64,000 bases of DNA from Klebsormidium nitens (Eukaryota > Plantae > Klebsormidiophyceae). Location: positions 62,001-126,000 of the forward strand of contig DF237033.1 of assembly GCA_000708835.1 (NCBI GenBank), read 5' to 3'. Under the pieces are notes generated by a model, which saw only the letters and a program-made list of their open reading frames with translations, did not search any database and had not been told where the DNA came from. Shown here piece by piece: positions 59,719 to 64,000 of this stretch. The position numbers were made by a program, and so were the translations under genes. Numbering within the stretch: the stretch's first letter is position 1; each line of letters begins with the position of its first letter.

Positions 59719-62700
59719 ATGGAGGGCGCTGGGTGGTCTGACAGCGATCAGGGAGCCTACACAGACAGCGATGACGAGTACCCTGACCATGTGGCGACTG
59801 CACGCGAGCATGACGGGCCTAGATACAAGGTGCACACAACAATCTCAAACTCCCACCCAGATCAATCCTGCCTGTACAGTATGAGGAAGATCATGGAGAT
59901 GCCTAAGTGTGCTCAGCGATTGTAAAGCCAACTCCAATGTCTTGCAAAAGGGGGAGAGCCAAACTATCTCTGCTGGCCAAGACGGCCAAATCCTTTCTGA
60001 AGGTTGGTTTATGTTCCAAAGAACCTAGGGGGAGTCTCATGGCGAAAGTGGCCACTTGACAATCAGGGCCATGAGTACGACTTTGGTACGAGTTTGTTTA
60101 GCTTGAATTGTCGACCAACGCTTCTTTCTATTGCCTGCAGGTCATCGACAAGACAACTCTCCTTTCTGCACAGGTGAGAGTTGAGCAAGACTGATATAGA
60201 CACTGGTGTGTTTGCGGGTGTAGAGGAGCTACCATCTAAAGCTAATTGGCGAACACGACTGCAAGTTTGCACCCTGAGTACGAAGTGCGGAAGGGATGCA
60301 GTACAATCCACTTGTCACTAGGTCTTGACGCAGAAGCTATACCTTCTCAGACTGCTTTCGTTGGAGACCATACTTATTGGTGAAAGTCGAGGAGTTTTCG
60401 TTTCTGATGGTGCAGTTTTGTTGACCCTCGCGTTAATCTCCTCTTGCTCAGAACACCTTCTTGCTGATCTTAGATGACTGTTTCAGTCCCGTTGGACGGT
60501 CTTCCAGAGTCAGAGCTTTTTTCGACCGTGCGGTGAGTTTTTGCTTCACTACTAGCGGGATTTTGCAGCTACTTGGGCTTTACTCCTGTTGCTCGATTGC
60601 CAGCCTTTGTTGCCGCCTGACATGGCGTCACTTGTTTTGCAGTGCCGGGACCTGAAGCAAATCCAAGATGTCCTGGGGATCCGTCTCCAACATGCAAGGA
60701 GCCTTCTAATTCACCACCGATGGGACGTGGAAAACCTTTTCAGTGCCTTGGCCGAGCAGGTCCGTTCGGGAACTTGTATTTTATGAAGCTTCTTCCTTTG
60801 CGTTGATTGCGGCAAATGCGTCTATCATGCGTGTCGTGCCAAAAGTGGAAGAGCATGTTTCCTGCCACCTTTGACGCTGACCGTCCTTGAAGGATCTGAG
60901 ATGCATTCCTGTAAAGAAACACGTCTTGTTTTTATCAGTCCTTGTGCTTATTGACTGAGTTCCTTCTCCATTCTGGGGGAAGTCTGACTCTCAAGCACTG
61001 GCTTCGCATGCTGACTCTTCGGCCACCATTGTCAGCTGTGCTTGAGCCGGCTTGTTAAGCATCACAACAACACACTTCAAGTGCTATGAGTACAATCTAG
61101 AGCAGCATTCTCCGGATTTCTTGGTTAGATAGGGGCGCGCTCGCGTGTCGGGGGTGCGGGAGGTGCAGGGGGGGATGAGGGGGGTTGACCCCCTACCCCC
61201 GGCCCTAGTTGTTGTTGCTGACCATTTCGTGCTGTCCGATCATCACCTGTAGGGTGGATGATATGCAGGTAAGTAGCCTCCAGTCGAATAAGATATGGCC
61301 TTGACCCGATCACGCTTTTGCAGGGCGAGGAGCGCCTCTTCCTTGCCGCCGGCGTGCCCCCTCGTTCGATGCACCGGCGCGCGAGTGGCCCGAAGGAAGC
61401 TGAATTCACGTGCGGGACGTGCTTCGATGACGTTCCTGCAGACAGCGCCACAGTCATGGACTGCTCGCATATCTACTGCAACGACTGTGAGTGGTCTCTT
61501 GTCAGGCCTGCCTATGTTCCTTGGGCCTGTACCAAGGTGTGGTTCCGTAGAAAAGCACGTATGTCTCGGTGAAGCTACAATGAGCTGGTCCCTTGAGGTG
61601 TTGGCTCTTAGACGTCTGCAAGGAGTCTGTTCAGCCTCAGATCCGTTCTAGCTCCGGGTATGCCTTATATCTGGGCCGTCTAAGGTTTGGGCCGCAAAAG
61701 TATCCAAGGTCTCTAAGTCCGCCACCCTGGGGTGCGGATCGGACCACAGACGTGCTAAGGAACGTGCATGATTGGCGATTGCAACTCCAACGAAACGGAG
61801 AAACATCTTGATCCAATATCAGCAAGATTCTGCAGCCTTTAGTCGCACGAAACCCTGAAAGCGTGTCCCGCAGGGTGGACCACGCACTTCCTGATGAACA
61901 AAGGCCAGCATTACGAGCCTGGATGAAAATGCAAAGCGAATGAAACGTAAAAGAAACATCTCGATCAGATATCAACAAGAATCTGCAGCCGCTGATCGTA
62001 CGAAACGTTCAAAGCGTACCCCGCAAGTTGGACCACATGTTTCCTGATGAAGCTTCTGGAGGGCCAGAGCCGCCGCATCACGTGTACGGCTGGCAAAGTA
62101 AAAGCTAACGACGAGGACTAAACTTTCGGAACCACCCTTTACAGCCGTTGAACCCATGAGTTCCGCAATTCGCGAAGATTCTAACAGCCTGAAAATCTTT
62201 TACTGCAGGTTGGACGACGTACTTTCTGATGAAGATCCGTGAGGGCCAGAGCCGCCGCATCACGTGTACGGCTGGCAAAGTAAAAGCTAACGGGACGAGG
62301 AGTAAACTTTCGGAACCACCATTTCCAAGATTTAACAGCCGTTGAACCCATGAACTCTGGGATTGCAAAAGATCCCAACAGTCTACAAATCTTTTTACTG
62401 CAGGTTGGACGACGTACTTTCTGATGAAGATCCGTGAGGGCCAGAGCCGGCGCATCACGTGTGCGGCTGGCAAAGTAAAAGCTCACGACGAGGAACAAAC
62501 TTTCGGAACCACCATTTCCAAGATTCTACAGCCGTTGAACCCATGAATTCCGGGATTTGCGAAGATCCTAACAGCCTACAAGTCTTTTTACTGCAGGTTG
62601 GACGACGTACTTTCTGATGAAGATCCGTGAGGGCCAGAGCCGGCGCATCACGTGCATGGCCCACAAGTGCAACGCCATCTGCGACGAGGAGAAAGTGCTG

Positions 62701-63697
62701 AAGCTCGTGGCGGAAGCGGACCCGCTCGCCGTGGACCGCTACGAGCGCTCGCTGCTGGAGTCGTACATCGAGGACAACAGCAAGGTAGGAATGATTGCTT
62801 CTTGTGACCTTTTTTTATCTTGCGGGCAGGTAATCTGTGCGGCTCCTTCGTTCGTTTCCTAATAGGAGGTTGCTGCTGCTCGGAGCTCACAGGAAGGTAG
62901 GCAGATGGCGTTCGCTGCTGTCGGTATCCCCTCAACAGCGTTTGCTGGCGGAGCTCAATCGTGCGGACAAGCAGACCTCGCGGTGGCTCTCGCCGTTTTC
63001 GTTTAGCCGTACCATATTCCTGGTAGTGCAATGGATCCCACAATCAATAACGAGCAGCAAGGTAACTCTTTCGGCCGTGCATTGTCTTCTCTTGGTACGT
63101 CAGTTCTGCTGAACCGGCAACTTTATCTTCAAATGGTTATGGTCATAGCCACTTCTTCATAAATCATGCCGGAAAAGCTGAATCTGGAAGCATTCTGTGT
63201 TTTGCTAAGTCCAGTGGTGCCCCAAAGTCCCCGCGGCAACGCCCTCCTGGTCGGAGGCTCGGAATTGGACTGAGCTTTCCTTGAGAAAATGAACTTCGAA
63301 ACTCTATCTGAAGAATGGTGATTCTTAAAAGATCAAGTGGTGCCCTAGCAGCCCGCACTGCTGCAACGCCCTCCTGGTCGGAGGCCCAGATTTGGACTCA
63401 GCTTTCTCTGGAAAAAAGGAAACCTGAAATTATTCCCAAACGACTCGTGGATCTGTACAGGTCAAATGGTGCCCCAGCGTCCCGCACTGCGGCAACGCCC
63501 TCCGAGTTGAGGGCGAGCCTTACGTGGAGGTGCAGTGCACGTGCGGGCTGACGTTCTGCTTCAACTGCGGCCTCGAAGCGCACTCCCCCTGCTCGTGCGA
63601 CATCTGGCGGCGGTGGGACGAGAAGTCGCGCGACGAGTCAGAGACGGTCAACTGGCTGGTGGCCAACACGAAGCCGTGCCCGAAGTGCGGAAAGAAG
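59719..63697 (+). CDS. ARI: ARIADNE-family RBR E3 ubiquitin ligase (ARI1/2-like), 3'-partial; exons 59719-59829, 60141-60173, 60643-60759, 61324-61486, 62597-62784, 63461-63697, continuing beyond the window
   Basis: Acidic N-terminus; ARSLLIHHRWDVE; RING1 CGTCFDD..DCSHIYCNDCW; EGQSRRITCMAHKCNAICDE; YIEDNSKVKWCPSVPHCGNA; IBR CTCGLTFCFNCGLEAHSPCSC; start of RING2 TKPCPKCGK. Phases are consistent. Confidence 0.92.
61860..62660 (+). repeat. Acceptor echo array of ARI exon 62597-62784 (~193-bp period)
   Basis: CTTTTTACTGCAG|GTTGGACGACGTACTTTCTGATGAAGATCCGTGAGGGCCAGAGCCG.CGCATCACGTG with exon-like starts at 62209, 62404 and 62597 (real); decayed copies at ~62027 and 61874. Confidence 0.95.
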
Positions 63698-63955
63698 GTG
63701 GGAGCTCGGTTTTCAGATCAATTGTTGAGAGATTACTTCGAATTTCATGGTATATGATCAAGTCGTGCGACAAATCGGAGACGGTCAGGTGGGTGGTGGC
63801 CAGCACGAAGCCGTGTCCGAAGTGCGGGGAGAAGGTGGGAACTCCGCTCTTAGAGTTTGATATTTGCGGAGATCCTCCGAGAAAAGGTGTCTTCATTCTG
63901 GCGTGGTGGCGCACACGAAGTCTTGTGCAAAGCTGGAAAGAAGGTGGGAGCACAC
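63195..63955 (+). repeat. Acceptor echoes (~63208, 63332) and donor echoes (63834, 63943) of ARI exon 63461-63697
   Basis: GTGGTGCCC....GCAACGCCCTCC copies upstream. ACGAAG.C.TG...AAG..GG(A/G).AGAAG|GTGGGA copies downstream. Confidence 0.88.
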
Positions 63956-64000
63956 GTTGTTAGATTGACTATCGAGAAATGTTTCCAAGCCTCTCAACGT

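Overview
Intron-rich eukaryotic genomic DNA of the green-plant lineage. A streptophyte alga such as Klebsormidium is my inference, from plant-type gene families, GC-rich exons, 0.3-2 kb introns and a 454 adaptor remnant. I spliced seven protein-coding genes by hand, and every exon chain is phase-consistent: (1) PHT1/PTA-type phosphate transporter (+, 5' end outside the window); (2) EF-hand mitochondrial carrier, At2g35800/SAMTL-like (-); (3) FkbM-family methyltransferase with a membrane anchor (+); (4) URGT-like nucleotide-sugar transporter (-); (5) MATE/DTX transporter (+); (6) a ~1437-aa receptor built as signal peptide-LRR-LRR-TM-RLK pseudokinase-Raf-like kinase (-); (7) ARIADNE RBR E3 ligase (+, runs off the 3' end). 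The main observations are: (a) an LRR receptor with an RLK/Pelle pseudokinase fused in one exon to a CTR1/EDR1-type Raf kinase; (b) a same-length duplicate of MATE exon 5 that has the hallmarks of mutually exclusive exons; (c) about 30 splice junctions in six of the seven genes flanked by tandem 'echo' copies of the junction inside the intron, whose exon-derived parts often differ from the real exon mainly at synonymous positions; (d) an inverted pair of ~190-bp MITEs; (e) a 454 adaptor beside a probably false gap. Most short ORFs in the supplied track are antisense shadows or read-throughs of the echo arrays. All alignments and counts were done by eye; no database searches were run.
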